IMG/VR virus record: IMGVR_UViG_3300035422_000096
Coordinates: 26,446 to 90,445 of that record
Length of the DNA: 64,000 nucleotides
Strand: one strand, 5' to 3'
Origin: a virus
Lineage: Duplodnaviria; Caudoviricetes
A model generated the notes under the pieces. That model had not been told where the DNA came from. It ran no database searches and saw only the letters and a list, made by a program, of their open reading frames with translations. Numbering within the stretch: position 1 is the stretch's first letter; each line of letters opens with the position of its first letter. The translations under genes and the position numbers were made by a program. This document shows positions 1 through 9,121 of this stretch, piece by piece.

Positions 1-43
1 TTAATGGTGTCGTTGCCGCATTATCAAGGTAAATATTTTTCAT
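1..43 (-). CDS. iscS: Cysteine desulfurase (IscS/NifS family), N-terminus only, runs off the window
   Basis: Reverse complement reads MKNIYLDNAATTPL, the YLDNAAT(T/S)P N-terminal signature; ATG overlaps the upstream stop (ATGA at 40-43). Not in the ORF track. Confidence 0.75.
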   Translation of the reverse strand, partial: MKNIYLDNAATTPL

Positions 44-1320
44 GCAAGAGTCTCCTTATAAATACTGTTATAATATTCTAATTTTGCTTTCTTGGTTTTG
101 AATTTTCGTTCAAATTCTTTATCATAAATACAAATTCCTAAAATAGAACCTTTTTGTAAATATGACTGTATTGTTGTTCTTGCCATGTGAAATACTTTAC
201 CAATATTTGTTGTAGATAATTCTGGGTGGTTATTTTTGTATTCACAAATAGTTGAAATAAAACTTTTTGATGTAAATTTATCACATTCCTGCCAATTTAT
301 TTCATGAGGATTTTTATGTAATAATTCTAATAAACCACTATTGATGATAGAATTTTTTATATATGTTAATTCGGATTTCTTACAATCAATTATAATATAA
401 TTATCTATACCATTTTGTTTTGCTAATTTTTCTTTTAAAATATCATTTTCCTTACAATAGCCATAAAATTCATTGGTATTTTTGTCAAAATAATGTTGTC
501 TTCCATGAACTTCAATAATTGCATTTGTATTTGTCAAATAAAAATCATATTTATACTTTTTACACCAATTAAACGTAGCACAAGACAACTGGGTTATAAA
601 GTCAATTCCTAATGAATTTAATAGAGCATATATGAATTTTTCTCCATATGAAATCCCATCCCCACATTTTTTACAAGAAAAGCCGTAACTTGATAGTTTG
701 TCTGTTGAATATAATTGTTCATTCCGACAATTAGGACATACCATTAAAAATTTTCTTTTGCTACAAGATGTTGCTTTATGTGTATCTTCAATATGCTTGA
801 AATAAGGAATAAATTCTGGATTACTCGTATATACATCGTTTATAAATGGAACAATAGTAGTTTTGGCACAACAAGAACAGCCAATCCCTTTTAATAAATG
901 TCCTTCATCAATTGACCCATCAGACCAATTACAGATGTTACAATGATAATTATAAAGTTTTCTTATAACACCATTTGAATCTGGAATCATTTTTCTCCTT
1001 GTTATTTTTATATTTCTATTATTGTCAATAAATTCTGTGCCAATTTGAACCTTAAAATCTTTATTTCTCAATCCGATCAATGTTCTTATATTATTTGATA
1101 AAATATAAGATGTTGGTATGATTTTATCTTCATTGTTATAATTTACACATACTGTTTGTTTATCTTTGTCATATTCTTTAATGGTAAAATATCCACTTAT
1201 TCCTTCACAATAAAAGTTACATTTACACCCATAAGCATTTTTCCAATCATTTACTAATTTTCCGCAAGTTCCAATTCCTTTGTATTTTGGAATTTCTCTT
1301 AAATCTATCCAATTTTCCAT
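40..1320 (-). CDS. Zinc-ribbon plus EDxHD/PD-(D/E)xK-type free-standing endonuclease
   Basis: Several CxxC pairs, SYGEK..YDFY..IIEVHGRQHY motif, C-terminal HTH-like segment; start moved to ATG 1320 behind AGGAG. Confidence 0.65.
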   Translation of the reverse strand: MENWIDLREIPKYKGIGTCGKLVNDWKNAYGCKCNFYCEGISGYFTIKEYDKDKQTVCVNYNNEDKIIPTSYILSNNIRTLIGLRNKDFKVQIGTEFIDNNRNIKITRRKMIPDSNGVIRKLYNYHCNICNWSDGSIDEGHLLKGIGCSCCAKTTIVPFINDVYTSNPEFIPYFKHIEDTHKATSCSKRKFLMVCPNCRNEQLYSTDKLSSYGFSCKKCGDGISYGEKFIYALLNSLGIDFITQLSCATFNWCKKYKYDFYLTNTNAIIEVHGRQHYFDKNTNEFYGYCKENDILKEKLAKQNGIDNYIIIDCKKSELTYIKNSIINSGLLELLHKNPHEINWQECDKFTSKSFISTICEYKNNHPELSTTNIGKVFHMARTTIQSYLQKGSILGICIYDKEFERKFKTKKAKLEYYNSIYKETLA

Positions 1321-1354
1321 TATAAAAAATCTCCTAATCACAATAAAAATAGTA

Positions 1355-1561
1355 TTAAATTAATTCTCGCTTGCACCATAAATCGTAAGCAGCTTTACTT
1401 TTTTCTCTATCAAATACAAAAACTAATGTATCTCGTGACCAAAATAAATCAACAAGTGGAATGTTATTCTTTACATAAAGCCCAGCTTGCCGAGTATTTA
1501 CAATTCTTACGGTGTCTTCAATCTCATATTCTTTATTAAATATTTCGCTATATTCTTTGAT
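1355..1561 (-). CDS. Small phage protein (DUF5659-like, 68 aa), apparent ATC start
   Basis: Open frame IKEYSEIFNKEYEIEDTVRIVN...VFVFDREKSKAAYDLWCKRELI behind AGGGGA; in-frame TAG upstream, no ATG/GTG/TTG near the RBS. Confidence 0.55.
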   Translation of the reverse strand: MKEYSEIFNKEYEIEDTVRIVNTRQAGLYVKNNIPLVDLFWSRDTLVFVFDREKSKAAYDLWCKRELI

Positions 1562-1581
1562 TTTCTATCATCCCCTAACGT

Positions 1582-1629
1582 AAAAAATAGGGTACACAGA
1601 TAACTAATGAATAGTGTCTGTATACCCTA
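1582..1629 (-). terminator. Intrinsic terminator-like hairpin
   Basis: TAGGGTA/TACCCTA stem with inner ACAGA stem, followed by a T-run on the minus strand. Confidence 0.55.
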
Positions 1630-1645
1630 CATACTTTTAAAATCA

Positions 1646-1993
1646 CTATTCACTAATTCTATTTTCTTCATTTTCTACTTCTGTATATTCTTTTCTTTTT
1701 CTTGAAGAGATTTTAACTTTTACTGATGTTTCCATAATTTCTTTTATAACAGATTTTATTTCTGGATTAAAACTTTCCAATCCTGTTAAATTACACTTCT
1801 GTAATTCTTCTTTTGCCAATTCTTTGCTCTTAGAAATCGTATAGCTGTGAATTGCTAAATAGATCTTATAGTGTTCAATACTGTCTACTATAGATCTCCA
1901 AGGTTTAAAAACTTTTTGATTTTGACAAGAATTGCATACATGATATCCTTGACCACAAATTTTGCAGTAGGCATTAATATTATTTTCAGCCAT
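1646..1993 (-). CDS. Hypothetical protein with N-terminal Cys cluster
   Basis: CKICG..VCNSC; RBS GAGGTG; co-oriented with the tail module. Confidence 0.7.
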   Translation of the reverse strand: MAENNINAYCKICGQGYHVCNSCQNQKVFKPWRSIVDSIEHYKIYLAIHSYTISKSKELAKEELQKCNLTGLESFNPEIKSVIKEIMETSVKVKISSRKRKEYTEVENEENRISE

Positions 1994-2043
1994 AATTCAC
2001 CTCGTATAATAGGCAGTTATATTTCAAACTGCCTATAAATTGC

Positions 2044-2841
2044 TTAATCTTCGCTAACGATGATGTCAAATAATACACCTTCATCATCACAGTAATCACG
2101 CTGTAAGATATAAGAAGCTGCATGTTTACCATCTGGACTAAGGTTAATTTCTGTACTAGAAGGGTCGATCTGCGCTCTAGGACATCTAATAATACCTGCA
2201 TACACTACATTGGTATTGCAAATTTCGTGAAAAATAGCATGAATAAGTAGTGTCTTAACTTTAGGTGTATTATCAGTTCTCTTTGTAACCTGAGCAGCTT
2301 TGGTAGTTTCTCTTTCATAATTAACAAACACTCTACCAGTTACACCTTCTGGAAGTGTAATTTTCTTATTCTCTGCATCAAGTGTAAATTTGCCATCACC
2401 TGCTGTAGCAGAAACCTCGTATGTATCACCAAAAGTATTATTTGCGTTAATAACTTTTACATATTTAACCTCTGCACCAGCAGTACCAATGGGAACATAT
2501 TTCAAAGTTACTGTATGGTCAGAACCGATAGCAATAGTTTCAGATACTGGCATAATAATCTTTTTATCATCAGAAGCCAAAACCTTTTCAGAACCATACT
2601 GTGATGCAGCAAGGTCAAGAGAGAAGAAAGAATTGCTAAAATCAAAATTTCCCTTCTGTGCCTTATAGAATGTTGCAACTGTACTTCCCATAGCATCAGT
2701 TACTTCCTGAGATTCCGCACTTGTCTTCAAACTAGGATTCTCGATCTGAGTATATCTACCGATTAATTCCAATGTGGCAGGATCATACTCTTCAACAGAC
2801 CTAATTTTTTCAAGTACAAGTTCATTAGGGTTAAAACTCAT
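2044..2841 (-). CDS. Major tail (tube) protein, putative
   Basis: Start MSFNPNEL at 2841 behind AAGGAGG; size, composition and position after the head-tail genes. Confidence 0.6.
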   Translation of the reverse strand: MSFNPNELVLEKIRSVEEYDPATLELIGRYTQIENPSLKTSAESQEVTDAMGSTVATFYKAQKGNFDFSNSFFSLDLAASQYGSEKVLASDDKKIIMPVSETIAIGSDHTVTLKYVPIGTAGAEVKYVKVINANNTFGDTYEVSATAGDGKFTLDAENKKITLPEGVTGRVFVNYERETTKAAQVTKRTDNTPKVKTLLIHAIFHEICNTNVVYAGIIRCPRAQIDPSSTEINLSPDGKHAASYILQRDYCDDEGVLFDIIVSED

Positions 2842-2875
2842 AATTTTTCCTCCTTTTAGGCATAAAAAAAGAACT

Positions 2876-3622
2876 CTATTTGAGTTCTCCAAGCCAATCT
2901 AATTGTTTTTCATCTATTTCTTTTAAATTGATTCCAAAACCAGAATATCCAGATTGTAAAAGTAGCTCTGCGTTTTTAATTTTAGATATTCGCTTTACGG
3001 AATCCATAAAAGCATTTATTTTCATATCCCATACTTGAGTATGATTATATTTGAAACCCTCACTATTAACCATTGATGAAATCAAATTGACTAATTGTGA
3101 ATGATGTTCTTTGTTTTTATTTCGTTCAAATTCTTCTCTTGCGTCTTCAATCAAGATCATTTTGGTTGTGTTATTTGCTGGCATTTTTTCATCTTTATAT
3201 ACACCATGTACTTGTCGCAAATAATCCATAATTAGATTATATGTGAATTCATCAATAATAACTGGTTCATCATTAATGGACTGGCACAACAAAATATCAC
3301 CATTATCACTTCTTTGCATTGTTTGGAATTTTGTAAAATCTAAATCTCCAAAGATAATAGAAGTTTTTTCTTTTGGAAAAAGCCTATACAATATATTGTA
3401 AAATAATTCATATGGAGTTATTTTTGTATAATCAATTCTAGGCTCCATATCCCATAACTGAACTTTCATTGTTTGTGGTGTTGCGGTTAAGTGATATATC
3501 ATTGAATAATATTCTTGTTCCCCATAATCACATATTTCAGAAAGAGAAGGCTGATGTATTTTGATATATTTAGAAACAATAAAATCTTCACCACGATATA
3601 TTTTCAATTCATCATTTAGCAA
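2876..3622 (-). CDS. Virion morphogenesis protein (tail assembly-associated, putative)
   Basis: TTG start at 3622 behind GAAGGTTGGTG; long ORF within the structural operon. Confidence 0.5.
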   Translation of the reverse strand: MLNDELKIYRGEDFIVSKYIKIHQPSLSEICDYGEQEYYSMIYHLTATPQTMKVQLWDMEPRIDYTKITPYELFYNILYRLFPKEKTSIIFGDLDFTKFQTMQRSDNGDILLCQSINDEPVIIDEFTYNLIMDYLRQVHGVYKDEKMPANNTTKMILIEDAREEFERNKNKEHHSQLVNLISSMVNSEGFKYNHTQVWDMKINAFMDSVKRISKIKNAELLLQSGYSGFGINLKEIDEKQLDWLGELK

Positions 3623-3626
3623 ACTA

Positions 3627-4112
3627 TCACCAACCTTCACATGCTGAAACATTGATGTCCATTGTCTCAAATACTAAATGTCGATACATAAACTCTTGAT
3701 TGTATGTCCCCTCTTTATTTAATGTACATTTTAATTGTCCAATACCACCGTATTGACTTGAACCATTAAACATATCTTCTAACAGCCCAGCTATATAGTC
3801 ACAACGATTATCCTTTGTGATTTTATAATCCATTTTCATGTGCTCATGATGAACATATACATAGAATTCTAATGTTGGTATTACAAAAGTTTTATTTCTT
3901 CCAGTTGCTCTTGTATGCACCATAACTGTCATATATGTTGAAACATTTGTAATAGTTTCAGGAATTTTATTATTGTCAAAAATATGTGTGTCTTTTAAAT
4001 CACCGCCGTTTTCACATCCCTTTGCATCAAAAGCGTAGAATATTGTATCGTCATGAGTGATTGCATCTATGACATGCCTTTTAATTTCTGAAATACTTGT
4101 ACCATTTGCCAT
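3627..4112 (-). CDS. Tail completion/terminator-like protein, putative
   Basis: 162 aa, sits between head-closure and tube genes; RBS GGAGGTG. Confidence 0.4.
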   Translation of the reverse strand: MANGTSISEIKRHVIDAITHDDTIFYAFDAKGCENGGDLKDTHIFDNNKIPETITNVSTYMTVMVHTRATGRNKTFVIPTLEFYVYVHHEHMKMDYKITKDNRCDYIAGLLEDMFNGSSQYGGIGQLKCTLNKEGTYNQEFMYRHLVFETMDINVSACEGW

Positions 4113-4127
4113 TTGCATTCACCTCCG

Positions 4128-5156
4128 TCATTCCACAATATTTACTTTTACTTCTGACAAGACAGATTCACCAATAACGATCTGTACAAAAAAAGAACCT
4201 CCAATAAGGTTCTCATCATTAACAGAAATAATTATTTTATTATCCGTAATACTTTGCTCAACATCAAAATCTGATTTTACATTCCATTGATAATCAACAT
4301 CTTTCCAATCAACAGCATTTCCATCTTTATCTGTAAAAGTTACAGTATATGAACGTCTGTATCCATTTTTCAAGTTTGTATTCCCAGAGATCACACACCT
4401 TAAATCTGTCGTTTCATCGGGTTCTGGTGGAGTGGGCGGAAGAGGAGAGGACGGATCTATATAATCACAGATTCGTAATTCTTGATTGTCTTTATTTGGA
4501 TTGAATTCTGTTTTATCAGCAATCAAGCTCAAAGTTCCTCCGTGATTTCCATGTAAAAACAGAACATCATCATTCCTTGTAATTTTAAATACCTTCTTTG
4601 GTATTTCAGATGTATCAACAAAAATCCTTTTTCCATCAATCGTTAAGCCATCAGCGTCATGTGGAATAAGAATTGTAAAGTTGTTAGAGGATAAGATTAT
4701 TGTACTATTTCCAGATTCCCCAATATCATATTTAGACGCAGAAGTGAAGTTAGCCCAACGTTCTATAATTGTGCCATCATCTTTTTGCCATTTTATTTTA
4801 TACTGACATTCTTTTAAAACTGCTTTTTCATATTCTCCATTGTTTCCAGGTCTTCCATCAATAAGCCAATATTCATCTTCAAAAAAAATATAATTTCCAC
4901 TATGTAAAGTGCCAATAGGTACTAAAATACATCTTTCCATAGACTTTAAGGATGAATCAGCCACATTGCCTTGTATAACTCCACGTAATTCTTTTGATTG
5001 ACTTAAATCGTGATTGAACAACAAAACAGTAGAAGCAATATCTGTCTCTAAAGATTCTGCGAAAGCATCTTCTTTATAATCCAGAAAACTTTGATTTTCA
5101 TATCCGCCTAACATATTTGGTTTTGTTTTATTTCCAATGAGATACCATTCTTTCAT
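4128..5156 (-). CDS. Head closure/connector protein with C-terminal Ig-like domain, putative
   Basis: Pro-rich linker PSSPLPPTPPEP followed by a beta-rich domain; position in head-tail module. Confidence 0.5.
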   Translation of the reverse strand: MKEWYLIGNKTKPNMLGGYENQSFLDYKEDAFAESLETDIASTVLLFNHDLSQSKELRGVIQGNVADSSLKSMERCILVPIGTLHSGNYIFFEDEYWLIDGRPGNNGEYEKAVLKECQYKIKWQKDDGTIIERWANFTSASKYDIGESGNSTIILSSNNFTILIPHDADGLTIDGKRIFVDTSEIPKKVFKITRNDDVLFLHGNHGGTLSLIADKTEFNPNKDNQELRICDYIDPSSPLPPTPPEPDETTDLRCVISGNTNLKNGYRRSYTVTFTDKDGNAVDWKDVDYQWNVKSDFDVEQSITDNKIIISVNDENLIGGSFFVQIVIGESVLSEVKVNIVE

Positions 5157-5166
5157 ATGATGCCTC

Positions 5167-5559
5167 CTACGTATAAGCGGTAGGCTTTTGATTTTCTACC
5201 ATTTCACTTGCGTTCCATGCTATATAATCAAGATGTGATTTCTCCGCTGTTTTAGTGCCATTGCTGCCATCAATGCTCAAATCTTTTCCTACAATAGAAA
5301 CACGCTTATTAACAAGTGATACTTGTCTTTCCTGATACATCTGTAACATAAATTGTGCCAATGTATCAATTACATATTGGTCAAGTTTAGAATCGAATTG
5401 TAATAGTTCATCATCAAAATTTAATTCGTCCAATTCAACAGAATATCTACCAACAGCTTTTTTTAACCACATTATTTCAAGTGATTCTGGCAATACCTGT
5501 TTGTCGGCAAAACTTGACTCAAAACTATTTATTACATCTTTTGCTTCTGTATTAGCCAT
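5167..5559 (-). CDS. Head-tail adaptor protein, putative
   Basis: 130 aa helical protein downstream of capsid genes; RBS GAGGTGG. Confidence 0.45.
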   Translation of the reverse strand: MANTEAKDVINSFESSFADKQVLPESLEIMWLKKAVGRYSVELDELNFDDELLQFDSKLDQYVIDTLAQFMLQMYQERQVSLVNKRVSIVGKDLSIDGSNGTKTAEKSHLDYIAWNASEMVENQKPTAYT

Positions 5560-5577
5560 AATCCACCTCACAATTGA

Positions 5578-6063
5578 TTAAATATCTGCAATTCTACGAC
5601 CACAATAATCTTCACAAAATGCGTTCTTAGAGTAATCATTCAATTTCAAATTCTTAATTGTATGTAACAAATAGAATTTCTCTGCTCTAGTTACAACACT
5701 CTTTTTGATATTGTCTTCAAATGATTTCTGTGTTTTCAAATCAAAGATTTTCTTAATAGTGTCCTGAGTAAGAAAATCCTGTTTCTTATTATCAACATCA
5801 AAACTCAATTCACTTCTTGTATAATCATCTTCAATATACCATGTAGCGTGACTACCAACACCATCTACACCAGTAATGAGAGTATTACCATTCTGTCCCT
5901 GTGCAATGATTTCCTCACGAGAAAGTAGAACTGTACCCAATGCAGGAATAGTTATATCGCCAACGCTTGTTTTTCTGGTAGAGCCGGTAGTCCAAGGAGC
6001 AATACTTCTTACAGTTACCTTTTTATCTAATCTGATTTCTTCATTATTTTTTTCTTCAGCCAT
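5578..6063 (-). CDS. Conserved hypothetical virion-module protein
   Basis: Start MAEEKNN at 6063 behind GGAGG. Confidence 0.65.
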   Translation of the reverse strand: MAEEKNNEEIRLDKKVTVRSIAPWTTGSTRKTSVGDITIPALGTVLLSREEIIAQGQNGNTLITGVDGVGSHATWYIEDDYTRSELSFDVDNKKQDFLTQDTIKKIFDLKTQKSFEDNIKKSVVTRAEKFYLLHTIKNLKLNDYSKNAFCEDYCGRRIADI

Positions 6064-6098
6064 TCTTTCCTCCATAACAACTAATTTATTTTTTGCAA

Positions 6099-6275
6099 CT
6101 ATTTGTTTTTGATTGTATTCCATAATTCAATAAGATTATCTAATCGTTCCGATTTATAGAAAGTCCAATATTTTACATGAGTTTTTTGATTTTCACCAAC
6201 TGCAATGTATTCTTCTTTCATAGAACGCAGAAATAAACTCATCCTTTTAGAATAACAATAGAAAATATCATTCAT
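6099..6275 (-). CDS. Small phage protein (DUF5659-like)
   Basis: FYCYSKRMSLFL...YWTFYKSERLDNLI pattern; preceded by a hairpin at ~6298-6325. Confidence 0.55.
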   Translation of the reverse strand: MNDIFYCYSKRMSLFLRSMKEEYIAVGENQKTHVKYWTFYKSERLDNLIELWNTIKNK

Positions 6276-6343
6276 TATAATCACCATTCAACTAAGATAG
6301 GGGATAGAATACATCCTATCCCCACAATAAAAAAGAATCCTAA

Positions 6344-7444
6344 TTACTCAGCAAGAGAATCAAGATTCTTATCATGTAGCATACCAATCATATACTCCCT
6401 GTTTGGAGCAACCAGTGCGCCAACTTCGAGATCATACCTTGTAAGTAACTGACCAGTAGTAACATCATTTCCACTAAAGGAAGTAAGACCGCCACGAGTC
6501 ACCGTAAATACAGGAGACTGACCACCCGTAGGCATTACAAAACCAAGTCCAACAGGTAACATAGTATCAAAGTTTGTGCCATCCTTATCAAGAGAAGTCA
6601 AATCATAAGGATTAGGAATCTCGGAAAGAGTAGCACCGTTGTAAACACCCATAAGCCCTGTATTATGAATCTCATCCATAATAGTTCTGGAAATACCGTT
6701 TACTGTAGGTGTAACACCTGTATATCCAGCAAAACCATTAAACTGAGAAATCAACGCATAATCGCCAGACACAGTAGGCTTACCAAAACGCCTTACGTTT
6801 GTGATAACACCATCAACACCAGTCTTTGTAAGACCTGCACCCTCAAAGAAGTATTTTACACCTTTTGCGTTCTTGATTGCATTGTAAATAGTTTCAACAA
6901 CGTATTTTGCTGCCTTATTTCTAATCTGCACACGAACCTGTTCCTGTAACTCATTCTCGTCACTCATATCGCCAAGAGCCGCTTTTCTATAATCTACTGC
7001 ATAACCGCCAGAAATAGTAGTAGTAGCAATAGGCATACGTTTCTTTCTGATAACAGGGAACTTCACGTCCTGACCAAGTGCCTGTTCATTTGCAGGAAGA
7101 TTAGCAAACTCAGGAACTTCAACTTCGCAAGACTCATTATATCCGATTGGTTTATAGTTACCATAAATTCCAAGTAGCTTGATTTCCTTTAAAAGCACTG
7201 GCTGCATTGCAAAACGTCTGATTTCGTTCAGCTCAGAAATAGCATTTAAATCACCAGAAGATGCTTTGAAATTCAGCTCCTTGATATATTTAGCAGCAAC
7301 GTCCGCCTTCTTACCATAAGGAGCTAAGTCCTTTCCCTCTGTCATAGCAGAGAAAATTTCAACAACAGCAGACTTGCCATTTACTTTACCACTGGCAAAG
7401 TTAGCGTCTTTTCTTTCATTATTCAATTCAATAACATAAGACAT
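6344..7444 (-). CDS. Major capsid protein
   Basis: 366 aa, strongly biased codon usage, follows protease/scaffold and decoration genes, terminator-like hairpin downstream. Confidence 0.75.
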   Translation of the reverse strand: MSYVIELNNERKDANFASGKVNGKSAVVEIFSAMTEGKDLAPYGKKADVAAKYIKELNFKASSGDLNAISELNEIRRFAMQPVLLKEIKLLGIYGNYKPIGYNESCEVEVPEFANLPANEQALGQDVKFPVIRKKRMPIATTTISGGYAVDYRKAALGDMSDENELQEQVRVQIRNKAAKYVVETIYNAIKNAKGVKYFFEGAGLTKTGVDGVITNVRRFGKPTVSGDYALISQFNGFAGYTGVTPTVNGISRTIMDEIHNTGLMGVYNGATLSEIPNPYDLTSLDKDGTNFDTMLPVGLGFVMPTGGQSPVFTVTRGGLTSFSGNDVTTGQLLTRYDLEVGALVAPNREYMIGMLHDKNLDSLAE

Positions 7445-7464
7445 AAATTATGTACCTCCTATTC

Positions 7465-7830
7465 TTACGCAGTTACTTTGACAACTGCACCAAGTTTATT
7501 TCCAATAATTTCAGTAATTGTGAAGCAACCTACAGTATCACCAACAGCAAAAGTATTTGGAAGTGGATAACCATATAATTCGAGTTCCCCAACAACCTTT
7601 GCAGGATCTAAAACACGAACACGGGAACCAGCAGGAATCTTATATTCGTCCATATACTCGTAATCACCAGTTTCAAGCTGCATAATAACCTTTTTACCAG
7701 AGTCACTAGCAGTAAATTTACCATTTGCTACGTCCCCGAAAGCTCCGTTCATAACTTCCTTATCTACAACAGCATCCTCGAATGGATAAGCACCTCTTTC
7801 GATTTGACCAATCGTATGAAATTTAACCAT
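7465..7830 (-). CDS. Head decoration/cement protein, putative
   Basis: 121 aa between scaffold and capsid genes; RBS GGAGG. Confidence 0.45.
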   Translation of the reverse strand: MVKFHTIGQIERGAYPFEDAVVDKEVMNGAFGDVANGKFTASDSGKKVIMQLETGDYEYMDEYKIPAGSRVRVLDPAKVVGELELYGYPLPNTFAVGDTVGCFTITEIIGNKLGAVVKVTA

Positions 7831-7852
7831 TAATTTTTCCTCCTAAATTTGA

Positions 7853-9046
7853 TTAAAAAATATTGACATCCTCTTCCTCATTGTCCTGTGTTTCAGAACA
7901 CATTTCAGAAAAAATGTCAATTACTTCATTGTCCTTATTTTCTTTTGCAGAATTCTGTTCTGCCACCTTTGCTTCAGCGTCAGCTTTTTTAGAAGCCTGT
8001 CCAATGCCTGCATAAATCTTGTCAACAATAGCATCAATATTTCCTTCTAACGGCTTTTCGTTAAAGGAATTGATTTCTGACTCAGCATATTTCTTTTCCT
8101 CATCACTAAAACCTTCAATAGCAGTATTAAGTTCTCCAATTCTTGCTTTAGCCTTTAGCGTGCCAAGTTCTTTTTCTAATGCGTCTCTTTCTGCCCAATA
8201 AGTTTCATGTTCCTTTTTGAGATCATCAAGAGCTTTCTGTACCTGTTCAACTGTTGCGTTCAATTCAACAATTTTTTCTTCTTTTTCTGCAATAACAGAA
8301 TCCTTCTCACTGATTGTAGAATTTAACTCTGTAATTTTTGCAAGCAGTTCTTCGTTTTTACTATTTGTTTCAGAAATAGTAGACTGGATTAATTCTTTCA
8401 ATTCCTTTTCATCCAAAGTTTTGTCCTCCTTATTTTCTTGTTTTTGTGCGACTTCAAGTACAATGGCGTTATCATCTGCTGGGGAAACCGATAAAATAGA
8501 AGTGCCAGAGAAAACAAATTCTTTTGGTGTACGGAATTCGTCTTTAGGTTCTGATTCTTCATATACAATTTTGTTATCATTGGTTTCTAACCCCATAATT
8601 TCTATAGAACTATCAACATTTCCTAATGCTTTGTTTTGTCTTACCCATTTAACAAAATTAGGGTAGCGTTGGTTATATAAAAATCCATTTGCAACTAAAG
8701 CTCTAATATCATTTCCATTCACATTTACATCTTCAATAGTGGCACTTTCAAAGCAACCAACAGTTTCAGAATTTTCAAATAGAGGTTCACGGACTCCATC
8801 ATTATCAATTTCCTCACCAGTCAAACCATGATCAAGAGGAGTTGACTTTGTTTCATCACAAAAGGAAGCACAGATAGGCATAAGTTTTACACTATCTATT
8901 GCATTAAGTACATATTCTTCCTTCCAATGAAGACCATTCTTATTTGTTTCTTTTTCATCTTCGTGAATCTTTAATAGAGCAATTTTGATAGGGACACGTC
9001 CACCTTTAGAAGCCTGTTTAGAAATTTCGAGGATTTTTCCTAACAT
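7853..9046 (-). CDS. Prohead protease/scaffold protein
   Basis: N-terminal domain with HG and SSIE motifs, long acidic coiled-coil C-terminus; between portal and capsid. Confidence 0.65.
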   Translation of the reverse strand: MLGKILEISKQASKGGRVPIKIALLKIHEDEKETNKNGLHWKEEYVLNAIDSVKLMPICASFCDETKSTPLDHGLTGEEIDNDGVREPLFENSETVGCFESATIEDVNVNGNDIRALVANGFLYNQRYPNFVKWVRQNKALGNVDSSIEIMGLETNDNKIVYEESEPKDEFRTPKEFVFSGTSILSVSPADDNAIVLEVAQKQENKEDKTLDEKELKELIQSTISETNSKNEELLAKITELNSTISEKDSVIAEKEEKIVELNATVEQVQKALDDLKKEHETYWAERDALEKELGTLKAKARIGELNTAIEGFSDEEKKYAESEINSFNEKPLEGNIDAIVDKIYAGIGQASKKADAEAKVAEQNSAKENKDNEVIDIFSEMCSETQDNEEEDVNIF

Positions 9047-9121
9047 AAATCATCCTCCTTAAAAATTTGTATAATAAAAGAAGCCTATAAATATAAGCAT
9101 CTAATTATTATTTGAATTATT

